DNA of 28,011 nt, taken from the NCBI GenBank assembly GCA_028293465.1, contig JAQGOT010000131.1:1-28011 (forward strand). Direction: 5' to 3'. How positions within the stretch are numbered: the first letter of the stretch is position 1; each line of letters starts with the position of its first letter. Of this stretch, positions 16,852-26,860 are shown piece by piece. A program made the translations under genes and the position numbers. The notes beneath the pieces were generated by a model. The model did not search any database, was not told the origin of the DNA, and was given only the letters and a program-made list of their open reading frames with translations. The stretch comes from Pedosphaera sp. Its GTDB lineage: Bacteria > Verrucomicrobiota > Verrucomicrobiia > Limisphaerales > Pedosphaeraceae.

Positions 16852-19800
16852 TCATTTTATCGTGGTCATTTCAAACTTCGGGTTCAACTCGAGCTGGAAA
16901 TCCTTGAAATGCACTTCTGTCGGACCGCCGGCGTGCACCTGGAGAGCAGTGATGCCGCGGCGGGCGACTTGCGCGTCGTCCAGATCGACACAGAGATGCC
17001 CGTTGAGGGCGGTGCGAATTTTTCCATCCACCGCGAGGATCTCGTAGGTGTTCCAATCGTCCGCGTTCACGAATGGATCACCCGGTTTGTCGGAGAGAAT
17101 GGCGCGGCCGTTTTCCTCGTAGAGTTTGCCCCACCAACCGGCACCGATGTCGGCTTGGCAGCCTTTCATTTCATAATCACCAAAGCGTTCGCTGCGGAAT
17201 TGCACGCCGCTGTTTTCCTTGTTGGGGGTAAGCTTCACCTTGAGCACCAATCGGAAGTTTTCCAAGGGCATCGTGCTCTTGAGAAATTCATTATGCTTCA
17301 GGCCGGTCGTGGTGCGGCCGACGATCTCGCCATTCTCCACCTGCCAGAGAGACTTGTCACCCTCCCAACCGTTAAGATCCTTGCCGTTGAAGAAGGCGGC
17401 CGGGTTGGCAGGAGTTTCAACGCTGGCAGGCAGCGGTACCTGGCCGGGCCGGCTGAGGTAATAAAGCAAGTCACGCACTTCCTGTTCGCTGAGCGGCTGC
17501 AACAGGCCTTCCGGCATCATGGACAGGTCGCTTTGTTGCAGGGACTTGATTTCGGCGCGCGGAACAATGAGCGTTTCGTTCGCCGTAATAATGGTCACGG
17601 ATTTGTCGTCCTGCTGGGTCACGATGCCGGTGATGCTGCGGTCATCTTTCGTCTCCATATTGTAGGAGCGATAGTCATTCGGGATGACCGCGTTCGGGTC
17701 CAAGATATTTTGCAGGATATAATCGAGATCGGCACGGTTCGAACCCGTAAGGTTGGGGCCGACCTTCCCGCCGGTATCAAAAAGGGTATGACACTGGGCG
17801 CAGGTGCGGGTAAAAACGGCGCGCCCGCGGGAAGCGTCGCCCGGCGTGGAGCCGCCCGCCTGGTAGATTTTTTTGAACTTCGCGATCTCCCCTTGCTTGT
17901 CGGCGCTGCTGTCGCGGGAAACGCCCCAAACTTTTTGGATCTCCTGCTCAAGCTCGGCATTTTTGAGGCTGCGAAGCTGGCGCACCAGTTCGGCCGTAAG
18001 ATCTTTTACCGGCACCGCATTCTTGCCGACGCCCGCCAGCAGGGCTTGAGCGAAAACGACCCGTGAAGCCAGCGTGTTGAGCGCATCCCGGCGATGTGCG
18101 GGATCCAGTCCGGGGTAAATGCTCAGGATGGCAGCGGGTGTTTTGGCATCGTCATAAGCCGCCAAGCCGCGCAGGGCCGGTCCCTGCAAATTGGCATCCG
18201 TCAATAATCGTTGGAGGATGGGCGCGAGACCGGCATCCCTGATTCCCAGCAACGATTCCAGCGCCGTCCGGCGCACCCCGGCGTTGGCAGCCGTATCCAG
18301 CAAAGTCTTTCGCAGGGAAGCGAGCGCGCTGGAACTGCCGAAGGTAAGGGAAAGCGATTGCACCTGCGCCCGGATTTCTGCGTTCGTGCTGGTGTTGAAC
18401 GCGGTTTCAATGGCCTCCCAACCTTTGGGCATGGCCACATTGCGCTGACCTTTCAGCGCAAGGCTCAGGCCGCTCAACATGTCGAGCCGATGCGAATCAT
18501 CACTCACTTGTTTCAACCGGGCGGTGATGGCGGCAAACGCTTCGGGCGTACCGACGGCAGCGACACGGCGCGTGGTGAAATGGAGGATGCGCGGGAGCTT
18601 GGATAACTCGGCGATGAGGAGTGCGCGATCCGTGTTGTTCGTCGCGAGCGGCTCGGCGGCATACCAAGCCATCAGCGGGAGGTTGTGATCCTCGGCATCC
18701 TCCGAATGAGCACAAAGCGCCGCGACCGTTTCCCAGCGTTGCTCGGCGGGCAGGCGTTGCATCACCGCAGCGAGATAAAGCCGGACTACCGGGGACTCAT
18801 CCGCACTCGCGAGACGGGCGAACTCTTTCAACACGGCTGAAGAAACCGTCCGGTCCTCAGCGAGCAACTGGATGGTCCACGCGCGCACATATTCATCCGG
18901 CTTTTTTAGCAATTTTAGAGCCACGTCCTCCGTCAGGCCGCCGATCGCGTGCAAAGTCCAAAGCGAACGGAGCTCGATGGTTTCCGGCGGCACAACCCGA
19001 CCAAAGTCGGGAAGCTTCAAGCCAATCGATTTATTGTCGGGATTTAGGAAGTACATCAGCAACTGGCTGGCTTCCGGTGACAGGGGCTTCTCCTTCGTCC
19101 GTTCCTGGAGGAGTTTGCGGGCGTGCCGGGCATACCATTCGTTGGGATGCGACAGGAGCGCGACCAAGGCGGCGTCGCTTTTCTGTTCCAAATTTACCGG
19201 GGTCCATTTGGTGTCGCCGTAAACCACTTTAAAAATGCGGCCGTTGGAACGGTCGTGGCCATTGGGATCATTATGATGGCATTGGTTTTTGTCGTACCAA
19301 TCGATCATGTAAACCGATCCGTTCTGGTCGTATTGCAGGTTGAGGATTTGCGACCAGGAATCGTTGAAGTTGATGAAGTCAAAATTGTGATGGCCGACGA
19401 ACCCGGAGCCTTTGCGTTCGGGTGTATCCATGTTGATGCGCGCGCCATGGATGTTGTTCATGTAAAGCTGCCCGTGATACTGCTCCGGCCAACTGTCTCC
19501 CTGATACACCATCAACCCGGCGTGCGCGTGGCCACCGCCCAGGGAGCCGGACCGGCCGTTGGCGGCGTGCGGGCCCTTGCTGCCGGCGTAATGCAGATGA
19601 TCCGCGATGGTCTTGATGTCATCGAAAACGTAGGGATTGAAATGTTGTCCGCCCTGCCGCTCGTAGCGCCCGCCTTGGATCATGTGCCAAAGATGCGGGA
19701 TGACGCACGCCTCGATGAAACATTGGCCATGCTCATCGAAATCCACACCCCAAGGATTGCTGGTGCCTTCGGAAAAATACTCGAACTTATGTTTGGTGGG

Positions 19801-20991
19801 ATGATAGCGCCAGACGCCAGCGGTGACGGGCGTACGTTCGCTCTTCGGTGCGCCGGGTTTGCCCACGTTGGAATAAGTGAAGACACCGTGGCAACCGTAG
19901 AGCCAACCATCCGGCCCCCAAGTGAAAGTGTTCAACGTTTCGTGCGTGTCCTGGTAACCCCAGCCGTCGAGGAGAATTTGTGGCGGGCCGGCAGGTTTTG
20001 GTTCATCGCCGTCCTTCATGGGAATGAACATGAGATACGGCGCAGCTCCTACCCACACGCCGCCGAAACCGACTTCCAGACCACTGACCAGATTCAGGCC
20101 CTCGATGAAGACAGTGCGTTTGTCGAACTTGCCGTCACCGTCGGTGTCCTCAAACACTAGAATGCGGTCCTTGCCCTGTCCTTCCGGCATGCGGATGGGA
20201 TAGGTGTAGGCCTCGGCCACCCACAGCCGCCCGCGATGATCGATGGCGAAGGCGATTGGCTGTTTGACGTCCGGCTCGCCGGCGAAGAGCGTCGCCTTGA
20301 AGTCTGGCGGCAAAGTCATTTCCTTGGTGGCATCCTCCGGGGAGAGGCCGGCAAACTTGATGGTATCCACCGGCGGCATCTCGTCTGCCGCGGGCGGTTT
20401 GGCGGAATCGAGTGCGTCGGCAAGTTGAGGTTTGGTCGCGTAGAACTCGAAATCATCGAAGTTGATATGCCCCCAGCCGCCGGTTTCCTGGTCAATAATA
20501 CGGATGAAAATGTCCTTCCCCTGATCGGCTGCCAAATCGACGAGCACTGGACGCAATTTTTCACCATCGTAGCCGGAGGTTTTGAAAATGACTTTTTGAT
20601 CGCCCGCCCGCACGAGCTCCACCCGGGTGTCCGCATGCGCGCCGCCGGCGACGAGAAAGCTCGCGTAAGGTTGGGTGACCTTGAACGGAACGGAGGTCAA
20701 AGTTCCTTGTGCCGCGTCGCCGGCGGCTTCATAAGTGCCGACCCAATAGCTGCCTTGATGGCCGCTTTTCATGTCGCTGCGGCGGGAGGAAACCGTATCG
20801 CCTTGGACCGGCTGTTTATCGAAGGCGTTGCCGGTGGCGGTCCAATCTTTGAGTGTGCCGTCTTCGAAATCCAGATTGAGCGGCTTGCCGTGGCTGTCCA
20901 CCGGCTTGATTTGCGCGGCGGCGGTAAAAGCAGTGGCGGCCACAGCCAGAACCAGTAAGGCGATGCGAACGATGGATGGTCTATATTTCAT
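16852..20991 (-). CDS. PVC-type haem-binding CxxCH protein: signal peptide, jelly-roll domain, dehydrogenase-like beta-propeller, HEAT repeats, cytochrome c, DUF1080
   Basis: TLPPDFKATLFAGEPDVKQPIAFAIDHRGRLWVAE, EDTDGDGKFD, WGPDGWLY, GTSNPWG (propeller); HEAT-like helices; CAQCH at 17788-17802 followed by KVGPNLTG...ILDPNA...SMMPEGL; C-terminal FFNGKDLNGW...NSGVQFRS...WNTYEI. Confidence 0.9.
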   Translation of the reverse strand: MKYRPSIVRIALLVLAVAATAFTAAAQIKPVDSHGKPLNLDFEDGTLKDWTATGNAFDKQPVQGDTVSSRRSDMKSGHQGSYWVGTYEAAGDAAQGTLTSVPFKVTQPYASFLVAGGAHADTRVELVRAGDQKVIFKTSGYDGEKLRPVLVDLAADQGKDIFIRIIDQETGGWGHINFDDFEFYATKPQLADALDSAKPPAADEMPPVDTIKFAGLSPEDATKEMTLPPDFKATLFAGEPDVKQPIAFAIDHRGRLWVAEAYTYPIRMPEGQGKDRILVFEDTDGDGKFDKRTVFIEGLNLVSGLEVGFGGVWVGAAPYLMFIPMKDGDEPKPAGPPQILLDGWGYQDTHETLNTFTWGPDGWLYGCHGVFTYSNVGKPGAPKSERTPVTAGVWRYHPTKHKFEYFSEGTSNPWGVDFDEHGQCFIEACVIPHLWHMIQGGRYERQGGQHFNPYVFDDIKTIADHLHYAGSKGPHAANGRSGSLGGGHAHAGLMVYQGDSWPEQYHGQLYMNNIHGARINMDTPERKGSGFVGHHNFDFINFNDSWSQILNLQYDQNGSVYMIDWYDKNQCHHNDPNGHDRSNGRIFKVVYGDTKWTPVNLEQKSDAALVALLSHPNEWYARHARKLLQERTKEKPLSPEASQLLMYFLNPDNKSIGLKLPDFGRVVPPETIELRSLWTLHAIGGLTEDVALKLLKKPDEYVRAWTIQLLAEDRTVSSAVLKEFARLASADESPVVRLYLAAVMQRLPAEQRWETVAALCAHSEDAEDHNLPLMAWYAAEPLATNNTDRALLIAELSKLPRILHFTTRRVAAVGTPEAFAAITARLKQVSDDSHRLDMLSGLSLALKGQRNVAMPKGWEAIETAFNTSTNAEIRAQVQSLSLTFGSSSALASLRKTLLDTAANAGVRRTALESLLGIRDAGLAPILQRLLTDANLQGPALRGLAAYDDAKTPAAILSIYPGLDPAHRRDALNTLASRVVFAQALLAGVGKNAVPVKDLTAELVRQLRSLKNAELEQEIQKVWGVSRDSSADKQGEIAKFKKIYQAGGSTPGDASRGRAVFTRTCAQCHTLFDTGGKVGPNLTGSNRADLDYILQNILDPNAVIPNDYRSYNMETKDDRSITGIVTQQDDKSVTIITANETLIVPRAEIKSLQQSDLSMMPEGLLQPLSEQEVRDLLYYLSRPGQVPLPASVETPANPAAFFNGKDLNGWEGDKSLWQVENGEIVGRTTTGLKHNEFLKSTMPLENFRLVLKVKLTPNKENSGVQFRSERFGDYEMKGCQADIGAGWWGKLYEENGRAILSDKPGDPFVNADDWNTYEILAVDGKIRTALNGHLCVDLDDAQVARRGITALQVHAGGPTEVHFKDFQLELNPKFEMTTIK

Positions 20992-21100
20992 TTGTGAACA
21001 AGGAATTCTTCAGGCTTCAAAATGCCAAAGATGCAGACGACTGAGCCGTATTGCCATTCAATCCAATTTGCTTGACGGGGCGCAAGACCAAATCCCGGCT

Positions 21101-22459
21101 TTACTTCGGCAGGGCTTGATCAGCGGCCGCGGTTTTGGCGTCCGGCTTGGGCTGCGCTTTTTGCCATTCGGCTTTGCTCGTCTTCTTGGTTTCGTGAAGA
21201 AAGACGAAGGTTCCCTTCTTGTTGCCCACCACGATGTCGGGAAACTTTGTGTTTTGGATGTTGCCGGCCACGACCTGGGTGCCGACGCCGGAGTTATCAT
21301 CAATTAAATGCGGGATGAAATCGACCCGACCGTTGCCGGTGCGCACCAATTGAAACCAATAGAGCACCGCCGAGGTGTCGGAGTCGGGATCGGGTCCGTT
21401 GTGGCCGTGCGCCCAAAAGCGTTTGCCGGTGATGATGTCTTTGAGACCGTCGCCATCCATGTCGATGAGATCGACGGCGTGGAGTTGCGAGAAGACGACG
21501 CCGTATGCATCGGGCGCAGGCTTATCCTTGCCGTTCTGCTCGTTGAGGATGATGTGTTTTTTGAAAGCAATTTCACCGTTCTCGCCAACCTGCTCGAACC
21601 AGGCGAGTCCGTAACCGTGCGCTGAGAGGGCGGTGACTACATCGTTCTTGCCATCACCGTTGACATCGTAAGCGAACATTTGCGAACTGCCGTGGCCGGG
21701 GGCAAACGGGAATGAATGAAATTTCCAGGCGGGGTCGTTGGCGAGCGAGGCGGGCTGTTCCCACCAACCGCCGGCTTCCAGGATATCCACGCGCGCATCG
21801 CCATTAGCATCACCCACCCCGAGTCCGTGTGTAAAACGCTGCCAATTGCCTTTCGGTGAAATGGGATGGAATTTCCAGGGCTTGGCGGGATTGCTCCAGT
21901 CCGCGGTGGCGTAACCGAAGTAGCCGCCGGAATTACAAACGATGTCGGGCTTGCCGTCGCCGTTCACGTCCGCAAAGGCGGGCGATTCGTTATCAACCAC
22001 GTCGAAAATCTGGTGGCGTTGCCAGTGACCCTCCCGGCCCTTGGGATTCTCATACCAGGAGGCATCGAGTCCGGGAAAGCCATAAATCAAAATATCCGGC
22101 CAGCCGTCCTGGTTGAAATCATAAACGAAACTGAAAAAATTATCGGAGTAGGCGTTGTTGATGCCGAGCGCGCCTTCAAAGCCGGGAATCTTTTCCTCGG
22201 TGCCGTCGGTTTTCTTGTGCGTGAAGAATTTATTGGCGGGATAATATTCGTGTCGCTGCTTGTAGTCTGGTCCTTCATACCAGTAAGGACCGGAGATGAT
22301 ATCCATCTTGCCGTCGTGATTGAAGTCACCGAAGTTGGCGCCCTCGCCCCAGAACTGATCGCTCAACTGGATTTTTTTGAAGCTGTGGAGTGTATATTCC
22401 GCGGCTGATACAGACGCGATGCCCAGAAGGATGGATGCGGCAACCGGGAGTTTGAACAT
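21101..22459 (-). CDS. Exported FG-GAP/VCBS-repeat beta-propeller protein
   Basis: Signal peptide, then seven DxNxDGxxD-like repeats: DFNHDGKMDII, DFNQDGWPDIL, DVNGDGKPDIV, DANGDARVDIL, DVNGDGKNDVV, DMDGDGLKDII, NIQNTKFPDIV. Confidence 0.88.
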   Translation of the reverse strand: MFKLPVAASILLGIASVSAAEYTLHSFKKIQLSDQFWGEGANFGDFNHDGKMDIISGPYWYEGPDYKQRHEYYPANKFFTHKKTDGTEEKIPGFEGALGINNAYSDNFFSFVYDFNQDGWPDILIYGFPGLDASWYENPKGREGHWQRHQIFDVVDNESPAFADVNGDGKPDIVCNSGGYFGYATADWSNPAKPWKFHPISPKGNWQRFTHGLGVGDANGDARVDILEAGGWWEQPASLANDPAWKFHSFPFAPGHGSSQMFAYDVNGDGKNDVVTALSAHGYGLAWFEQVGENGEIAFKKHIILNEQNGKDKPAPDAYGVVFSQLHAVDLIDMDGDGLKDIITGKRFWAHGHNGPDPDSDTSAVLYWFQLVRTGNGRVDFIPHLIDDNSGVGTQVVAGNIQNTKFPDIVVGNKKGTFVFLHETKKTSKAEWQKAQPKPDAKTAAADQALPK

Positions 22460-22599
22460 GCTCTATTTCTGGCAGTTCTCTCCGGCAGGGTCAAGCGGGA
22501 TGAAATGGAGCGGCGTGTTTCGGCGATGTGCCCGCGTCACCAAAGGCTCCGCCCTCAAGCCGCTGGAATGTATGCGAGCAGATTGGCTGTTTGGTAAAA

Positions 22600-22618
22600 T
22601 ACATAGCACCGCTATGTA
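22600..22618. promoter_or_regulatory. Perfect inverted repeat, candidate operator upstream of the FG-GAP gene
   Basis: TACATAGC-ACC-GCTATGTA, about 140 nt upstream of the ATG at 22459. Confidence 0.35.
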
Positions 22619-22804
22619 ATTGGTGTTCTGCCTGCCGAATGGCGGGTTCTATTTGCTCAGCCTAATGCAGCGGTGCAACTCTCCTGAAGGATGAACTCCT
22701 CTGATGTGAAAAAATATTCCCATTGTTTCATTAGCTGGTCTTGCGCTGCGGGGCGAGGGCGTTAGGTTGGAATTGCTTCTTTATTCTACGGGAGGTTCGT
22801 GTGT

Positions 22805-22841
22805 GGGGCGGCAAATTCTGATTCCTTCCGCCGCCCCTTTT
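22805..22841 (+). terminator. Intrinsic-terminator-like hairpin with T-tract on the plus strand
   Basis: GGGGCGGC (22805-22812) pairs with GCCGCCCC (22830-22837) and is followed by TTTT; the loop is long (17 nt). Confidence 0.45.
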
Positions 22842-22923
22842 GTGCCGAAGGATGAGAGCTTACAGGGGATGGCCCAGGTTCCGGTTAGGAACGCCTGAGG
22901 ATCTGTAGGCGGCAGCGTTCAAG

Positions 22924-24888
22924 CTACGAACAGCAATCGCCGGGGTCCGGTGCGGAGGATGTCGGTTCGCTCACCGGGGCGGATTTCCCATTTGGCATCG
23001 CGCCTCGCTTGAGCCAAACCATTAAAACACCTATGTCTGAAGGAGATACGCCGGAAATACGCGATGCCTGACCGAGCGTTGCCGGTCGAATCTGAATAAG
23101 CTTCTGCCGGGCCTCGGTTCGCAGACTGTGGACGGTGGTATAGTCGAAAGAGTCCGGGATTTGTTTGTCTTCGAGTTGCTTAAACTTGGCGACATCCAAC
23201 TCCTGACGGTCAATGTAGCCCTCATACTTCATGGTGATTTCAACCTGTTGAACCACTTCCTGCGGAAGATCGGTTCTGCCCCCCGGCAGATCACCATAGG
23301 TAACTTTAGGACGGCGGAGAAGTTGAGCCAAGGTTTCCGTGCCGACGCGGGTCTTTTCCAAGCGCGTGGTTTCGGCAGCAATGGCGAGTTGCTTGGTTTG
23401 GAGTTGGCGAAAGTTTCGGTCGGGTAAGAGGCCGGCTTGATGCCCGATTTCCGAGAGGCGGAGGTCGGCATTATCTTGGCGCAACAAGAGGCGATATTCG
23501 GCGCGGGAGGTAAACATCCGATAAGGCTCAATGGTCCCTTTGGTAACCAAATCGTCAATCAAGACGCCAATATAAGCCTGATCCCGACGCAAGATGATTG
23601 GATCACGGCTTTGGACACGCCTTGCCGCGTTGATTCCGGCCATAAGGCCTTGTGCACCAGCTTCTTCATAGCCCGAAGTCCCGTTAATTTGGCCCGCTAG
23701 GAAGAGGTTGCGGCAGATCTTGGTCTCCAAGGAAGGATACAACTGCGTTGGAAAGGCAAAATCATACTCCACGGCGTATGCCGGACGCATGATTTCCGCA
23801 TTTTCGCAGCCAATGATGGTTTGGACCATTCCTACCTGAACCTCGAAAGGGAGACAGGTGGAAAAACCATTCACGTAGATTTCATCAGTTGCAATTCCCT
23901 CAGGCTCCAGAAATATCTGTTGGCGCTCCTTCTCGGGGAACTTAACGATCTTGTCCTCAATGGAAGGACAATAACGCGGTCCCACCCCTTCGATGACTCC
24001 GGAGTACATCGGAGACTTGTGGATGTTTGCCCGGATGATCTGGGCGGTCGCATCCGTCGTGTAGGTAACATAGCAAGAAAGCTGGCCGTTGATGCGGTCG
24101 AGTACAGAACCTGGGGGATACTTGCCGTCCGAATGGCCTACGTCCTTGGGATTCACCCCGGAATGTTCCACGTGGAACAAATCCTCCTTCCAGTAGGTAA
24201 AATAGGGAATAGGTTCGTCGCCGCCTTGTGGCTGGGTTTTGGAAAAGTCAATAGATCGGCGCAACAAGCGGGGTGGGGTGCCGGTCTTGAGCCGGCCAAG
24301 CTCCAAACCAAGTTCCTGGAGGGAGCCGGAAAGGCTCATGGCGGCAGATTCACCTGCCCGGCCGCCAGATTGTTGGTTTTGGCCGATGTGCATGAGGCCG
24401 CGGAGGAACGTTCCGGTTGTGACAATGATGGTGGTGCTGTGGTATTGAACCTCCAAGGTGGTCTCAACGCCATAAACCTGACCATCCTTGTGCAGGAGCT
24501 TGGAGGTCTGGCCTTGCTTCACATCCAGATTGGGCTCCCGTTCGCAAACCCATTTAAGGCGGAATTGGTAGGCCTTTTTGTCACATTGAGCCCGGGGTGC
24601 CCAGACAGCGGGTCCTTTCTTGGTGTTGAGCATCCGGAATTGAAGCCCGGTCATGTCTGTGGCTTTGCCCATCTCGCCACCGAGGGCATCAATCTCGCGG
24701 GCGAGATGTCCTTTGGCCAAGCCGCCGATGGCGGGGTTGCAAGACATTTGTCCAATGGTGTCCGCGTTGATGGTGAGCAGGAGGGTTTGGCAGCCCATGC
24801 GGGCGGCCGCCAGTGCCGCCTCGACGCCGGCATGGCCGGCACCGATTACGATCACATCATATTTCCGCGGATAGACGAACATTGCCAT
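22924..24888 (-). CDS. mnmG: tRNA uridine-5-carboxymethylaminomethyl(34) synthesis enzyme MnmG (GidA)
   Basis: [100 protein letters not shown]. Start is 24888 or 24882. Confidence 0.98.
   Translation of the reverse strand: MAMFVYPRKYDVIVIGAGHAGVEAALAAARMGCQTLLLTINADTIGQMSCNPAIGGLAKGHLAREIDALGGEMGKATDMTGLQFRMLNTKKGPAVWAPRAQCDKKAYQFRLKWVCEREPNLDVKQGQTSKLLHKDGQVYGVETTLEVQYHSTTIIVTTGTFLRGLMHIGQNQQSGGRAGESAAMSLSGSLQELGLELGRLKTGTPPRLLRRSIDFSKTQPQGGDEPIPYFTYWKEDLFHVEHSGVNPKDVGHSDGKYPPGSVLDRINGQLSCYVTYTTDATAQIIRANIHKSPMYSGVIEGVGPRYCPSIEDKIVKFPEKERQQIFLEPEGIATDEIYVNGFSTCLPFEVQVGMVQTIIGCENAEIMRPAYAVEYDFAFPTQLYPSLETKICRNLFLAGQINGTSGYEEAGAQGLMAGINAARRVQSRDPIILRRDQAYIGVLIDDLVTKGTIEPYRMFTSRAEYRLLLRQDNADLRLSEIGHQAGLLPDRNFRQLQTKQLAIAAETTRLEKTRVGTETLAQLLRRPKVTYGDLPGGRTDLPQEVVQQVEITMKYEGYIDRQELDVAKFKQLEDKQIPDSFDYTTVHSLRTEARQKLIQIRPATLGQASRISGVSPSDIGVLMVWLKRGAMPNGKSAPVSEPTSSAPDPGDCCS
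24164..24179. promoter_or_regulatory. parS site (ParB-binding centromere-like palindrome) inside mnmG
   Basis: TGTTCCACGTGGAACA, a perfect 16-bp palindrome fitting the established parS consensus; reads LFHVEH in the mnmG frame. Confidence 0.85.
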
Positions 24889-25079
24889 ATATATACTGGA
24901 AGACCGCCTTCAAGTGGAAGCGAGGAATGCTTGCGAAATACCATTCCTGCGCAATCGCTATCCTCTGGATAGCGGGATTATTATATCTCTTTGCGACCAA
25001 ACTTCCAGACCGCTGGTGAACGGGGCCCCGTTATGAGGGTGCGGCGGCCCAATGCTGGTTGAATGGGCGGCGGTGATGT

Positions 25080-26684
25080 TTACTGGGCGGCGGCCTGATA
25101 GGCAGCCTCGAATGGAGTGCTGCCAGGAATTTTCCGGATCCCGTGATCGGGATTGGCGGCAAGATGTTCGCAGAGTTTGAAAACAGTCTCGAATTCATCA
25201 TGCGCTCCGATGCCGCTGGCTATCTGGGCGGAGGTCAAGGCATGTCCTTTCTTTTCGCCTAAATAGTTCAGGACCTTATGCTGCAAATCAATCACGGCAG
25301 CGGCGGCTTTCTTGCCGGCTTCGACACCAGGCTGGTGGTAAGCATTGATGTTGATCAAGGAGGCGTAAAGGCCAACGGCCCGCTCGAAAAGAGCAATGAG
25401 GATGCCAACGGAAGCAGGAGTGACTTGCTTTATCGTTAACGTTATCGATTCCCGGTTGTTTTCATACAAAGCTTGGCGGGTTCCGAGGAAAAAGCCTTCG
25501 AGATAGTCTCCAGAGGTTACTCCGGGATCCACGGCAATGGACTTTCCATTCCGATCCCGCAGAACCTCGATGAAGGTCACGAAGAAGTTGAGGATTCCTT
25601 CCCGGAGCTGCTGCACATACGAGTGTTGGTCCGTGGAACCTTTGTTCCCGAAAACGGCAATTCCTTGGTTTACCACGTTACCGTTGAGGTCCTTTTCTTT
25701 GCCGAGCGATTCCATGATGAGTTGCTGACAATACTTGGAAAAGAGCTCCAAACGATCCTTATAGGGCAAAATAACCATGTTTTTGGTTCCTTTACCGTTA
25801 CCGATGTAGTGCCACATCAGGGCCAGTTGAGCCGCAGGATTAACCCTGACATTCGTTTGGCGGGTGACATCGTCGCATGCTTTGGCTCCGGCGAGGAGCG
25901 CGTCGATGTCAAACCCTTGGAGGGCAGCCGGTAACAGACCGACAGCGGAAAGCTCACTGGTGCGGCCGCCAATCCAATCCCACATGGGAAAGCGTGTGAT
26001 CCAACCATTCTTAACGGCGTAATTGTCCAACTCGCTTAATTGGCCGGTAACGGCAACCGCATGCTTGCTGAAGTTGAGACCGGCGCGTTCATAAGCAGCT
26101 TTGGCTTCAAGCATGCCATTCCGGGTTTCCTTGGTGCCGCCAGATTTCGAGATAACGATGGAAATCGTTTGGCCGAGTTCATCCCCAATGGCGGCGAGCA
26201 CCTTGTCCATGCCGTCGGGATCGGTGTTGTCGAAGAAAAAGATCGCCGCCTTATCAGTTCCGGGATTTCCCAGGGCGTCGGCCACAAACTGCGGGCCGAG
26301 GGCGGAACCGCCGATGCCGATGACGAGCAGGTTTTTGAATGGGCCTTTCTCGCCGTGAATGGTTCCGTTATGGACCTGCGCGGCGAAATCCTTGATGGCC
26401 GCAATCGTGTCTTTGATTTCCTTGGCAATGGTTTGCGTGGGGGCGAGGCTGGGATTGCGGAGCCAATAGTGGCCGACCATGCGTTTCTCGTCGGGGTTTG
26501 CGATGCCGCCTTTCTCCAACTCCGCCATCGCGATCAGAGCTTTTTGAATGGGCGTGCTCATCAAAGCCAGGTAATCGTCGGCGAAATTCATCCGGCTTAT
26601 ATCGATGGCGAGATCGAGCATGGGAATTTCGGTGTAGTATTTTTGGAAACGAGGCCAGAGTTCGCTTTTTGAGAGGGTCGTCAT
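25080..26684 (-). CDS. pgi: Glucose-6-phosphate isomerase
   Basis: [61 protein letters not shown]. Confidence 0.97.
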   Translation of the reverse strand: MTTLSKSELWPRFQKYYTEIPMLDLAIDISRMNFADDYLALMSTPIQKALIAMAELEKGGIANPDEKRMVGHYWLRNPSLAPTQTIAKEIKDTIAAIKDFAAQVHNGTIHGEKGPFKNLLVIGIGGSALGPQFVADALGNPGTDKAAIFFFDNTDPDGMDKVLAAIGDELGQTISIVISKSGGTKETRNGMLEAKAAYERAGLNFSKHAVAVTGQLSELDNYAVKNGWITRFPMWDWIGGRTSELSAVGLLPAALQGFDIDALLAGAKACDDVTRQTNVRVNPAAQLALMWHYIGNGKGTKNMVILPYKDRLELFSKYCQQLIMESLGKEKDLNGNVVNQGIAVFGNKGSTDQHSYVQQLREGILNFFVTFIEVLRDRNGKSIAVDPGVTSGDYLEGFFLGTRQALYENNRESITLTIKQVTPASVGILIALFERAVGLYASLININAYHQPGVEAGKKAAAAVIDLQHKVLNYLGEKKGHALTSAQIASGIGAHDEFETVFKLCEHLAANPDHGIRKIPGSTPFEAAYQAAAQ

Positions 26685-26860
26685 AAAGTCAGGCGTTTAG
26701 TTTAGCGCAAAGTGCTGTCCAAACAAAGGATTTACTGGAGGGTGATGGGGAACATCCGATTGACTCGGTGTTGGCCGGAAATCACCTACTTGCGGATTGA
26801 AAGGGCAGGGCTTAACTACATTACCATGCAACGAGGAGCCCTTTCCCCGGTAAGATAGCC

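Noticed and set aside
22865-22920. CCCAGGTTCCGGTTAGGAAC...GCAGC resembling SRP RNA
   Set aside because: Does not match the CAGG-CCGGAAGG-AGCAGC core and lacks the long closing helix.
277-26672. Many long ORFs antisense to the called genes (for example 5372-6634, 8395-9360, 12049-13428, 16909-18066, 19123-20160, 23821-24972)
   Set aside because: They lie wholly opposite motif-supported genes, show no recognisable family motifs, and are expected shadows of high-GC codon bias.
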